Below, one piece after another: positions 37,370 through 46,711 of a stretch of DNA of 64,000 nt. The notes beneath the pieces are model-generated. The model was not told where the DNA came from, made no database searches, and saw only the letters and a list, made by a program, of their open reading frames with translations. The number at the start of each line of letters is the position of its first letter. Position 1 is the stretch's first letter. Both the position numbers and the translations under genes were made by a program. This DNA is from an uncultured Thermoleophilia bacterium (GTDB lineage Bacteria > Actinomycetota > Thermoleophilia > UBA2241): the NCBI GenBank assembly GCA_963702475.1, contig CAVPCT010000005.1, positions 288,001 through 352,000 on the forward strand. Reading direction: 5' to 3'.

Positions 37370-38245
37370 TCAGCCCGGGCAGCGGAACTGGAAGTCGTCC
37401 TTGTAGTAGACCTCGCCGCACTCCGGGCAGCGCAGCTCGTACCAGTACCCGATGGCCACGCCGTGACGCTCGCAGAAGCGGATGCGGGCAGCCAGGACCT
37501 CGAGCTCGCTGCTGCCGCAGGCCATGCAGGTGAGGAGCACGTCGTCACCCAGGTCGTAGGCCTGCTCCAGCCGCTGCATGGCCCCGGTCGCGCCCTGATG
37601 GGCCGGCAGCTCGGCCTCGTGGGCGCAGGCGTCGTTCGCCTTGGGCACCTCGTGGACGTCGAGCGCCGTCACGAGCCCGGGGAGAAAGGCCAGCCTGAGA
37701 CCCTGGGAGCGCAGGTACCCCTGGAACGCGCAGTGGCCGCGGCGCTCACCGAACAGCTTGCACTCGTGCTGGGTGACCAGAGCACGTCGCGCGACGTAGC
37801 AGCGCATGTCGAGGTGGTCCACCTCCACCGGCTCCACGTGCACCGAGCGCGGCCGGCCGCGGCCGCGGCGGTAGTCGGCCGGCTGGACCAGGGAGAGGCA
37901 GCCGAGCGTGGGATCGGACTCGAGCGCCGCGACGGCGCGCTCGAGCCAGCCGGGCTCGAACTGGAGGGTGTCGTCCACCCGCACCAGGTAGTCCCCTTCC
38001 ACCATGTGGAAGGCGCGGTCGAGGCCGCAGTGCGTGCCGTGGCGGTCGCCGTTGTCGAGCTGGATGGCGTCCACGCGACCGCGCAGGTACTGCCGCACCA
38101 GGTAGGTGGCCACCATCTCGTCGGCGTCGTCGGCGAAGACCACGACGCCAGCGGGCCTGTCCACCGTCTCACGCACCCCACGCAGCACCGTCCGCAGGGC
38201 TGCGACGCCGTGGCTGGTGTGTACGACGATGCCTGCGCTGCTCAC
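37370..38245 (-). CDS. GT2-like fold protein with a C-terminal Cys-rich zinc-ribbon domain
   Basis: YLVRVDDT..FEPGWLER (GT-A-like); CMAC...CERH...CPEC; start uncertain. Confidence 0.55.
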   Translation of the reverse strand: MSSAGIVVHTSHGVAALRTVLRGVRETVDRPAGVVVFADDADEMVATYLVRQYLRGRVDAIQLDNGDRHGTHCGLDRAFHMVEGDYLVRVDDTLQFEPGWLERAVAALESDPTLGCLSLVQPADYRRGRGRPRSVHVEPVEVDHLDMRCYVARRALVTQHECKLFGERRGHCAFQGYLRSQGLRLAFLPGLVTALDVHEVPKANDACAHEAELPAHQGATGAMQRLEQAYDLGDDVLLTCMACGSSELEVLAARIRFCERHGVAIGYWYELRCPECGEVYYKDDFQFRCPG

Positions 38246-38389
38246 GACCGGCCCTCGCCGGCCGGCAGACTTCCGGTACTGTGCCCGCTCGCCCTCACGG
38301 GCCTAATTATCTCTGCGTGTGAAGGAGAGCACAAGTGGGCGCACCGCGGCGCGCCCTGAGACTCGGACGGCGGCCGCGGCCCCGAGCCG

Positions 38390-39058
38390 TCAGTCGAGCC
38401 CGACCAGGCCTTCCCTGATCGCGTACTTCACGAGGTCGGTGACCTTGTGGAGCTTGAGCTTCTCCATGATGTTGCCGCGGTGCGTCTCGACGGTCTTGCG
38501 GCTGAGACACAGCAGATCGGCGATGTCCTGGTTGGAGTTGCCCTCGGCGATGAGCTTGAGGACCTCCCGCTCCCGGGCCGTGAGCTCCTCCGCGGGGCGG
38601 AACGAGACCGGGTCGTGCACGCGCGCCAGGTAGTCGTTCAGTACTGTCTCCAGAGCGGACGGCTGCAGCACCTGCGAGCCCCCCATCACGGCGCGGATGG
38701 CGGAGATGAGCTCCTCCGTGGACACCGTCTTGAGGAGGTACCCGCTGGCGCCGGCCTGCACGAGGCGCAGCACGCAGTCTTTGCGGTCGTTGCGCGTGAG
38801 CGCCAGCACCTTGATGTGAGGGTAGCGGCGCAGCACCGACCCCGTGAGCTCGAGGCCGTTCATGCGCGGCATGATGGTCTCGGTGACGATGACGTCGGGG
38901 TGGGTGGCGCCGACCACGCGGAGAGCCTCGAGGCCGTCGGGCGCCTCGCCCACCACCTCGATGTCGGGCTGCGCGTCGAGCAGGGCTTTGACGCCCTGTC
39001 GCTCGATGGCGTGGTCGTCCACGAGCAGGACGCGGATGGTGACTCCCACGCCGTTCAC
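38390..39058 (-). CDS. NarL/LuxR-family response regulator with Glu at the phospho-acceptor position
   Basis: VLLVDDH, PDVIVTETIMP, GYLLK; LTAREREVL...SRKTVETHR HTH; RBS GAGGAGG. Confidence 0.9.
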   Translation of the reverse strand: MNGVGVTIRVLLVDDHAIERQGVKALLDAQPDIEVVGEAPDGLEALRVVGATHPDVIVTETIMPRMNGLELTGSVLRRYPHIKVLALTRNDRKDCVLRLVQAGASGYLLKTVSTEELISAIRAVMGGSQVLQPSALETVLNDYLARVHDPVSFRPAEELTAREREVLKLIAEGNSNQDIADLLCLSRKTVETHRGNIMEKLKLHKVTDLVKYAIREGLVGLD

Positions 39059-39250
39059 ACGACCCCTCCTCTGCGCGACGAGCCCGTCCCCCTGGGCCGC
39101 CGCCCGTCGGGTAGCTCCACTCCATGTGATTCTAGGTGCAAGCACCTAGCCGCAGCAAGGGTGATGGCCCGAGGCGCGCGTAGGGGCGGCCGCGGCCCCG
39201 TCTTTCCGCCGCGGCCCCGGCGTCGCCGCCCCGACCACGATCGCGCGCCG

Positions 39251-39652
39251 TCACCTCACCTTGACAGTCACGACCTCGGAGGTGTTCGCCGTCGACTGGC
39301 GTGTCACGCGCACGCGCAGCTCGTAGAGGCCCTTCTTGGCCGGCGACTTCCACTTGAGCGAGTAGGCGCCGTTCGTGAGGTTCTCGGAGGCGGCGTTCCT
39401 CCACGCCTTCTTGGAGGCGAGCCTGTACTGCAAGGTGGCCTTCACGGTGTGTGTCGGCGGGACGGCCTCGGCCCCCACCACCGTGATGGTCTTGCGTGCC
39501 TTGACCACCGACGGCGCGTCGATGGACACGGCCGTCATGTGGCACAGCGCCGTCGTCGCCCCGGTGCGCGGCGCTCCGACGACGGCGAACGCCAGGACGG
39601 CGACGGTCAGCACGACGGCGGCCGCGGTGAGCCCTGTGAGCATGCCCTTCAT
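39251..39652 (-). CDS. Small secreted basic beta-sandwich protein
   Basis: Signal-like N-terminus; Lys-rich beta-strand pattern ending VVTVKVR. Confidence 0.7.
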   Translation of the reverse strand: MKGMLTGLTAAAVVLTVAVLAFAVVGAPRTGATTALCHMTAVSIDAPSVVKARKTITVVGAEAVPPTHTVKATLQYRLASKKAWRNAASENLTNGAYSLKWKSPAKKGLYELRVRVTRQSTANTSEVVTVKVR

Positions 39653-39736
39653 GCGTCTCCCCCTCTTCTCCCTGCGGCGCGTGCGCGCCGCGCCCAGCGA
39701 CACCATCGTAGCGCGACCGGCGGGGGCGGCGCCGTT

Positions 39737-39765
39737 TTGCGCCCAGCCACGCGTTGCCCTAGAAT
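39737..39765 (+). promoter_or_regulatory. Promoter of tRNA-Thr(CGT)
   Basis: TTGCGC-N17-TAGAAT. Confidence 0.65.
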
Positions 39766-39784
39766 CCCTAGGCTTGTTTCGTGG

Positions 39785-39860
39785 GCCGACGTAGCTCAGC
39801 TGGCAGAGCACATCACTCGTAATGATGGGGTCCGGGGTTCGATTCCCCGCGTCGGCTCCA
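39785..39860 (+). tRNA. tRNA-Thr (anticodon CGT)
   Basis: CATCA-ctCGTaa-TGATG arm, GGTTCGATTC, CCA end. Confidence 0.97.
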
Positions 39861-39963
39861 GTTTCTTTCCTGCTGCACCGGTGCTACACGGGGCTTTCGC
39901 GTGTCTCGCTTGCCTTCCCTTTCGTACCAGAGATGCCACGCTGCCCACATCTGCCACTTGCGG

Positions 39964-40659
39964 TCACTTCACTACGAGCGTGTTGCGGCCCACGGAAACC
40001 TGCGCGTTGCCCGTTCTGTCGATGGCCATCACGAGCCACCGGTACCGGCCCTTCGGCAGGCAGATCTTCTTCTTGAAGCTTGTCAGAGCGTTGATCTCCG
40101 TCCGCCCAACGAGGTAGCTGGCCACGCGCTTCCCGTGCTTCTTCAGCACGATGCGAACGATATCTGCGTCGCTCCCCTTGTCCCGCACCTTGAACCGAAA
40201 CGTGGCAGCCCCGTGCCGCCGGACCTTGACCGCATACGGGGCCTTCGTTGCCGGACCCGTGGTATCCAGGGCCAGGTACAACCCCATCTCTCCCGCTGCG
40301 TACACCTCGTTGCCTTCCGAGTCCACGTACCGGGCGAAGACCGTGTGGAGCGATCCCTGCTCGCCGGCAACGGTGAACGTCACGGAGTCCGCGAACGGCA
40401 CCCACGAGGCCTGGTCGACGTTGTACTGGGGTATCAGACCCTTATCGTTCGGGGCCCTCAGGGTGTTGCGAGGCCCGCACCAGTCGTAGTAGATGGTCTC
40501 GTCGCCTGCCTCGACGTAGATGCCGCCGAAGCCCATGCTCATGCCGGTGGCGTCCCAGGAATCGTCTTCGGCCGCCGCTGCGGCACAGTAAGTACCGAAG
40601 ATCACGGTGAGCAGGAGGAGTGTAGGGAGGAATGCCCCGACCCTGGCTCGCTGCGACAT
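39964..40659 (-). CDS. Secreted protein with a basic C-terminal Ig-like domain
   Basis: Signal peptide ending AAAAA-E; C-terminal DTTGPATKAP...GRYRW...D.TGN...LVVK; RBS GAGGGGG. Confidence 0.75.
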   Translation of the reverse strand: MSQRARVGAFLPTLLLLTVIFGTYCAAAAAEDDSWDATGMSMGFGGIYVEAGDETIYYDWCGPRNTLRAPNDKGLIPQYNVDQASWVPFADSVTFTVAGEQGSLHTVFARYVDSEGNEVYAAGEMGLYLALDTTGPATKAPYAVKVRRHGAATFRFKVRDKGSDADIVRIVLKKHGKRVASYLVGRTEINALTSFKKKICLPKGRYRWLVMAIDRTGNAQVSVGRNTLVVK

Positions 40660-40984
40660 GTGCCCCCCTCAGTCGGCCAGCCTACTCTAGCACCTTCGCA
40701 GAGGTGACGATCTCCCAACAGGGCTGCTTCCCCGAGAGATGGGTCATGCCAAGGATACGAGACTCCCGGCAGGAGCACGGCCGTGAACGGGAGGCTGTTG
40801 TCCGCCGGGCGCACCACGCGGCCACCGCAGTCAGGCGGAGTCTTCGCGGTGCTTCACGCGCCGTTGTCAGGTGACCACCCCACGCCCGTCTGAGGCCCTC
40901 ACCCCATGTTCCCGATAGGGGTGTTGTGTCGTACTACACGGTGAGAGTCGTGTGGAGCGGCTCCAGTCAAAGAAAGGGGGCGTC

Positions 40985-41128
40985 ATGAGTGGCTGGGTTA
41001 TCCTGGCGTGGCTCGGCGTCACCGCCATCACCATTCTCCGGATCGCGCTCATCGTAGGCCTCGTGGCCATCGCAGTGCTGGTCGTGAGGGGCGTCTGGCG
41101 TTACCACATGGCACAGCCTATGTCCTGA
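40985..41128 (+). CDS. 47-aa hydrophobic membrane protein (absent from ORF track)
   Basis: AGAAAGGGGG RBS, ATG, then MSGWVILAWLGVTAITILRIALIVGLVAIAVLVVRGVWRYHMAQPMS, TGA. Confidence 0.55.
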   Translation: MSGWVILAWLGVTAITILRIALIVGLVAIAVLVVRGVWRYHMAQPMS

Positions 41129-41558
41129 CGGGCCGTCGTCGACGCCGGCGGAGCAGGCGACCACCACCTGCCCGCCCCCGTCACGTCCCGCCCCATCGTG
41201 CTCCACACGCGGCCGGTGGGTGAGAGAGCTTCCTCACCCGCCGGCCGCTTCTTCGTCTGACGGCGCGAGCGCCGAACGGCACCGTTATGCTGCCAAGCGG
41301 GTAGACCCGCTCTCGAAGGTGCTCCTGACATGCGCTGCACGCACGGGAGGCCATGATCCGCCGGGGCACGACGCGGCCACCACTGCCTGGCGGGGAGCCA
41401 CTGGTGAGACCGGCCCGAGGGCCGGTCTCGCTTCGTTCCGGGCGGGCCGGCGGCCGGGAGCTGTCGAGACCGCGGGACGAAGGAGGCGGCGATGGCGGAG
41501 CCTTCCTGCCGGACGTCGGCAGCATCCCAATCCACACGCGAGATCGCAGGGGAAGCAG

Positions 41559-41870
41559 ATGAGCGAGCACCTTGAGAGGTACCTCGGAGGCTGGCGCAGC
41601 GGGGACCCGGACATGATCCTGAACGCCTGCGCCGACGACTTCGTCATCGACGACGCCGTGGAAGGGCGCTTCAGCAAGGCCGAGTTCGGCTCGTACTGGG
41701 GCGTGCAGCCTGAAGCGGCCATCGAGTTCAGCGACGTCGTCTCCGAGGAGAGCGACGGACAGGTGACCCAGTGGGGTTGGTGGACCCAGGCGTCGCAGAC
41801 GGGCTCCTTCATGAACAAGGCGGACCGCGACGGCGTGCACCTGACCAGGGTCACCTACTTCACGCGGTAG
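41559..41870 (+). CDS. SnoaL/NTF2-like protein
   Basis: YLGGWRSGDPDMILNACADDFVIDD pattern; RBS AGGGG; ends in TAG. Confidence 0.7.
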   Translation: MSEHLERYLGGWRSGDPDMILNACADDFVIDDAVEGRFSKAEFGSYWGVQPEAAIEFSDVVSEESDGQVTQWGWWTQASQTGSFMNKADRDGVHLTRVTYFTR

Positions 41871-41988
41871 TCGAGGATCGGGCCGGCGAGGCGGGAGCGC
41901 CCATCGCCGGCCCGGCCTTCTGGTCGACCCCGGTGCGGCCCGGGCGCTCGCAGGTGCGCCCGGGCCCCACGCCGCGACAGCCGCCCGC

Positions 41989-43559
41989 TCAGCGTTTCAC
42001 CCGGAACGTCTTCGTGTTGCTCCTGCCCGCGGACGTGGTCACGGTGACCTTCACCTTGCCGATCTTGGCCTTCGCCGGCACGCGGCAGGTGATGCGCTTG
42101 TCGGTCCACGAGAGGTACGCGGTGCACTTCTTGCCGCCGAACTTGACGTAGCTGCTTCCTCTGGGGCTCCCGAAGAGGAGGCCGCTCACCACCACCACCG
42201 CCTTGCGCTTGCCGGCCGAGGGCGAGAGTCTGAGGACCATCGGCCGCGGGGCGTCGCCGCCGGTGATGGTCGCGAGGATCAGGCCGCCGCTCCCCACCAC
42301 GAGGCCGTGCTTGGCGTCGGCGAAGTCGATGGCGCCGAAGTCGGCGGTCGAGCCCGTCGTCTGGGGCTTCCAGGTCGTGCCGCCGTTCCCGGTCACGAGG
42401 ATGGTGCCGCCGCGGCCGGTCGCCCACCCGAGCTTCGTCCCGAACGAGGTCACGGACGTGAGGTCGGTCGTCGTCCCGGACGACTGTCCCTTCCACGTGG
42501 TGCCGCCGTTGCCGGTCACGAGGATGGTGCCGCGGTCGCCCACGGCCCAGCCCACCGAGTCGTGGGTCATCGTGACCGACGTCAGGTCGGCGAGCGTCCC
42601 GGACGACTGCGTCGTCCACGTGGAGCCACCGTCGTCCGTGGCGATCACGGTGCCGTCTTCGCCCGCGGCCCAGGCGTGGGTCGAGTCCGTGCACGTGACG
42701 GCGTCGAGGTGCGCCGACGTGCCCGACTCCTGCGGCTTCCACGTGTCGCCTCCGTCGCGGGTCACGACGACCGTGCCGTCGTCGCCGACGGCCCAGGCGG
42801 TCGCGCCGCTCGCGGTCACGGAGGTGAGGTCGCCGGCGGTGCCGGCAGGCGCCTTGTCCCACGTCGAGCCGCCGTTGGAGGTGACCACGACGGCGCCGCT
42901 GTCTCCCACGGCCACGCCGTGCACGGCGTCGATGAAGACGACGGAGCGCAGGTCGGCCGTGGTGCCGGACGTCTGGGGACGCCAGGTGGCGCCGGCGTCG
43001 GCGGTGACGAGCACGGTGCCGCCGTCGCCCACGGCCCAGCTCTTCGTCGTGCTCACGACGGCCGTCGCGCGGAGCGTCTGCGTCGTGCCCGACTGCTGTC
43101 GCGGTCCAGCCGCCTGCGGCCGTGCCGGTGACGGTGAAGCTCGCGGCGCTGGTGGTGCTGCCGAAGGACGTGGTCACCGAGATGCGGGCCCGACGTGGCG
43201 CCGGCGGGCACGGTGCACTCGAGCTGCGTGAACGGCGAGACGTGCACGCTGGTCGCGAGCGTGCCGTTGAAGCGCACCTGAGTGTCGACGGCGAACCAGT
43301 AACCCTTCACGGTGACGAGGGTGCCCACGGGCCCACTGGTCGGCGAGAAGCCCTCGATGACCGGCGGCTCCAGCGGGACGGAGGAGAGCGTGGACGGGGC
43401 GCCGGCCGCGGGACCAGGCGGGGCGGCGGGACCGGCGCGCAGCGCCGCGGCGCCGCCCGCCGCGACCAGTGACACCACGACGAGCGCGATGACAAGCGCC
43501 GGGACGCCCGCTCGACGCCTCCGGGCCGTCGCGTGACAGGACGATGCAGTCCGGGTCAT
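41989..43559 (-). CDS. Secreted IPT/TIG + YCF48-like beta-propeller + IPT/TIG protein, with two +1 frameshifts (near 43187 and 43099)
   Basis: Signal peptide; FSPTSGPVGTLVTVKG (TIG); repeated WAVGD.GT...T.DGG.TW..Q.SGT (BNR/YCF48); removing one base at each site gives GRISVTT and WTAQQSGTTQTL. Confidence 0.75.
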
Positions 43560-43686
43560 GGCTCCCCTCCCTCGCCGGGCGAGGCCGAACGCCATCGGCC
43601 GGGCCCCGTGGCCTTCCACACTCGTGTTGTGTCCGCGACGGCGCCTTCGCGAAACGCCCAAGGCGAGGAGCCCGCTGTCGCCGGCC

Positions 43687-45156
43687 TCAGCCGACGCCGT
43701 GCCGGCGGTCGGCCTCCGCGACGATCGCACGCATCTGCGCGGCGACGTCGGGGTCGACGGGCTCGCACCGGTGTGACTCGAGCAGCTCCAGCGCCCGCTC
43801 GCGGGCGCGCTGCGCCAGGTCGGTCGAGCCCTGCGCCTGCCAGTCGTCGCGCACGCGACGGTCGAGCAGGTCGGAGCGGCTGAGGTCGCGCATGTGGCGC
43901 AGCGTGGAGTCGAGGGAGAGGAAGTCGCCGGACGAGCCGACCGCGGCGATGTCGTCCGCGGCGAGGCTCTCTTCGTCGACGCGGACGCCACCCACGGCCA
44001 TCTTGATCATGTGGGCGATCTCGTCGTCCATGACGAGCTGGCCGAAGTCGAAGGCCACGCCCGACTCGATCATCCCCGCACCGTAGATCTGGTTGGCCCC
44101 TGCCAACGCAGCCAGCAAGCCGGTGAGGGTCTTCTCGTGCCCCGCCTGGGCGTCGCCGAGCTTCGCGTCCGTCTACAACCCCGCCACGAAGCTGGGGAGG
44201 CCGTAGCGCCGCGCCAGCTGCGCGACGGCGGCGCTGATCACGGCGAGCTCGGGCGAGCCGACCGCGGCGGTGGCGAGTCTGAGGTCCATCGCGGTGGTGG
44301 ACGACCCGTAGACCATCGGGCACCCTCGCTCGGTGAGCTGCGCCAGCACGATGCTGCCGAGCACCTCGGCGTTGTGCGTCACCAGCGTGCCCGCCAGCGT
44401 GACCGGCGACGAGCCGCCGGCCATGGCCATGCTGACGACGGTGTTGGACATGCCGGAACGCGCCGCCTCGATGATGACCTCGGTGGCGTCGCGCGGCAGC
44501 TGCAGCGGGCTGACGGGGCACACGCCGAAGCCGACGAGCGGGCGGCGACGCAGCTCGTCCTCGCCGCCCGCGAGCACCCGGGCCATCGCCACGATGGCGC
44601 GCACGTCCTCCGCCGTCGTCGCCTCGCTGCCCACCGGCTTGGTGGTCTCGTGGACGGCCTCCTGCCACTTGTGCAGGCTGGCGGTGGCCGCCGGGACGTC
44701 CTCCGCTCCGACCGCCGACTCGTAGGCGTCCATACTGTCCAGGGCGTCGACCAGACGCGCCACCTCGCGCACGTCCCCGATGCCCGGTTTGCGGTACTCC
44801 CCCGTGCGCGGGTCGACGAGCATGATGCCCTCGTCGAAGTTGGAGAAGTGGACGCTGCCGGCCTCGAGCACCACGTCGTCAGCTGGGTCGCGGCCGCACA
44901 GGTGGACGGCTGGCGGACACGCGGCCACCGCGTCCTCAACGATGTGCGGAGGGATGCGCACCGTGCGCGACCCGCGGTCCACGCGACAGCCTCCGTCGGC
45001 GAAGAGGTCGAGCGGCTCGTCGTCCTCCACGAACAGGCCGGTGCGCTCCAGGACCTCGAGCGTGGCGAGGTGGATGTGGTCGATGTCGGCTTCGCTGAGG
45101 ACGTCGAGCCTCAGACCCGGGCTCCCCGGCCGGCCGGACTGCAGCGGGCGTTTCAC
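43687..45156 (-). CDS. mttB: Trimethylamine:corrinoid methyltransferase with in-frame amber (pyrrolysine, codon 328); 489 aa with read-through
   Basis: MttB fold throughout; LPSFVAGL-TAG-TDAKLGDAQAGHEKTLT...AGANQIYGAGM matches the Pyl-containing MttB motif; TAG at 44173-44175; same frame continues to TGA 43687. Confidence 0.93.
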
Positions 45157-45205
45157 GGAGCGCCTCCCTCGTGGTCGGTGGTGGTGAGGTGAGCAGCCGC
45201 GCCGG

Positions 45206-46711
45206 TCACGCGCGCGCCGCCTCGTCGGCGGCGGCCACGAGGCGACGCAGCTCGCGCTGCGCGTCGTCGCCGAGCGGCTCCGGCCGGTAGTGGTCCAAGA
45301 TGTCCCCGGCGCGCTCGCGCGCAACCTCGACGGCGTCGCGGAAGTGGCGCCCGTCGGCGGCGACCTCCTGCGTGATGGCGCGCACCACCGAGGTACGCAT
45401 GTGCCGCCGCGTGTGCACGTGGCCGAGGAAGTTGCCGCCCGGGCCGACCGCGGCGATGGCCTCGAGAGCGAGCGCCTCCTCGTCGGCCGCGACGTCGAGG
45501 AACGCCGCGCGGGCGCGGTGGTAGAGGTCGTCGTCCAGGATCAGGTCCTCGGGCGCGAACACCGTGAAGGTGCCGTGCAGACCGATACCGGTGTAGGTCT
45601 CGCAGCCGTCCAGCGGGAGCTGCAGGAGCTGCGAGGCCTGTTCCACGCCGTGCTGCCAGGTGCCGGGCTCGGTGGCGTCGGTGCCGCCGAAGGCGCCCAG
45701 CGCCGGCAGACCGAAGGCGTGCAGCAGCTCGGTCGCCAGGAAGCGGCAGCGGTCCTCGAGCGGCGCGGACAGCGTGAGCGCGCTCCGCGGGTCGGCGTAG
45801 CTGCTCATGATCGACCCCCACACCGGCGCGCCCGGCGCCGCCAGCTGGTGGAGCACGGCGGCGGCCACGATCTCGGCGGCGCCCACCACCAGGGCGCCGG
45901 CCGGCGTGGCCGGGGCCGTGGTGCCCAGGGTCGGCATGGTCACGTAGCACACGGGGATGCCGGCCTCCGCGAACACCAGTCCGGCGCCGGTGCCGTCGTC
46001 GTCGAGGACGAGCGGCGACACCGTCCCGATGAGGTCGCTGAGCGCTGAGGGAGCGCCGACGCCGCGTGCGTCAGCGACCACAGCGGCCATCTCCACGGCG
46101 CAGCGCGCCAGCGTCTCTCCCTGCACCATGCCCATCAGGTGTTTGGTCGTGTTGTTCCAGCCCGCCTCGAGCTCGTGCACCTGCGCGGCGGGGCCGCAGT
46201 CGCCGGCGCCCACAGTGGGCCACCAGAACGCGATGGACCCGAGGTAGTCCTGCATGCGCGTGACGCCGGCGAGGTCGGCCTTGGTGGACGGGCGCGGCTC
46301 GCCGGTGTGCCGGTCGACGACGTGGGTGCCGCTGCCGTCGGTGGTGCCGTAGGTCTCGCCGGAGGCGAGATCCAGGTCGGTGAGGCCGTCGCGCGAGCCC
46401 AGCACGAAGGTGCGCGGGGCGAGCGCCAGCGACTCCTGGACGAGCCGGCGCGGCAGCCGCACGAGGCCGGAGGCCTCGTCCACGTCCGCGCCGGCCTTCG
46501 CGAACAGCTTGAGGCCCTTGCGCGAGCGGCACTTGACGCCGGTGCCGGCGAGGACGGCGAACGTCGCGTCCAGGTACGGCACCAGCCTCTCCGCGTCGTG
46601 CACCTGCAGGCGGAACTCGGACCGCAGGGGCGCCAGCGGCTGCCTGCGCAGCCGCTGGGCGCCCGGCGCCGTCACGCCCGACGGTCCGGCGTCGGTCGCT
46701 CCGGCGCTCAC
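45206..46711 (-). CDS. MttB-superfamily methyltransferase (non-pyrrolysine)
   Basis: AGADVDE..GLVRLP...LALAPRTFVL, VSPL, LGTTAPATPAGALV; AFGGTDA at the Pyl-equivalent site. Confidence 0.88.
   Translation of the reverse strand: MSAGATDAGPSGVTAPGAQRLRRQPLAPLRSEFRLQVHDAERLVPYLDATFAVLAGTGVKCRSRKGLKLFAKAGADVDEASGLVRLPRRLVQESLALAPRTFVLGSRDGLTDLDLASGETYGTTDGSGTHVVDRHTGEPRPSTKADLAGVTRMQDYLGSIAFWWPTVGAGDCGPAAQVHELEAGWNNTTKHLMGMVQGETLARCAVEMAAVVADARGVGAPSALSDLIGTVSPLVLDDDGTGAGLVFAEAGIPVCYVTMPTLGTTAPATPAGALVVGAAEIVAAAVLHQLAAPGAPVWGSIMSSYADPRSALTLSAPLEDRCRFLATELLHAFGLPALGAFGGTDATEPGTWQHGVEQASQLLQLPLDGCETYTGIGLHGTFTVFAPEDLILDDDLYHRARAAFLDVAADEEALALEAIAAVGPGGNFLGHVHTRRHMRTSVVRAITQEVAADGRHFRDAVEVARERAGDILDHYRPEPLGDDAQRELRRLVAAADEAARA

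Noticed and set aside
41130-41550. Possible cobalamin riboswitch (GCCACTG near 41397, several hairpins)
   Set aside because: The GGGAA and GCAACTGT-like core elements are not recognisable; an Rfam scan would be needed.
33007-41870. Amber read-through at the TAG stops of 33007 and 41870
   Set aside because: Both proteins look complete at the TAG, the extensions are not protein-like, and the GGGTTG context is absent.
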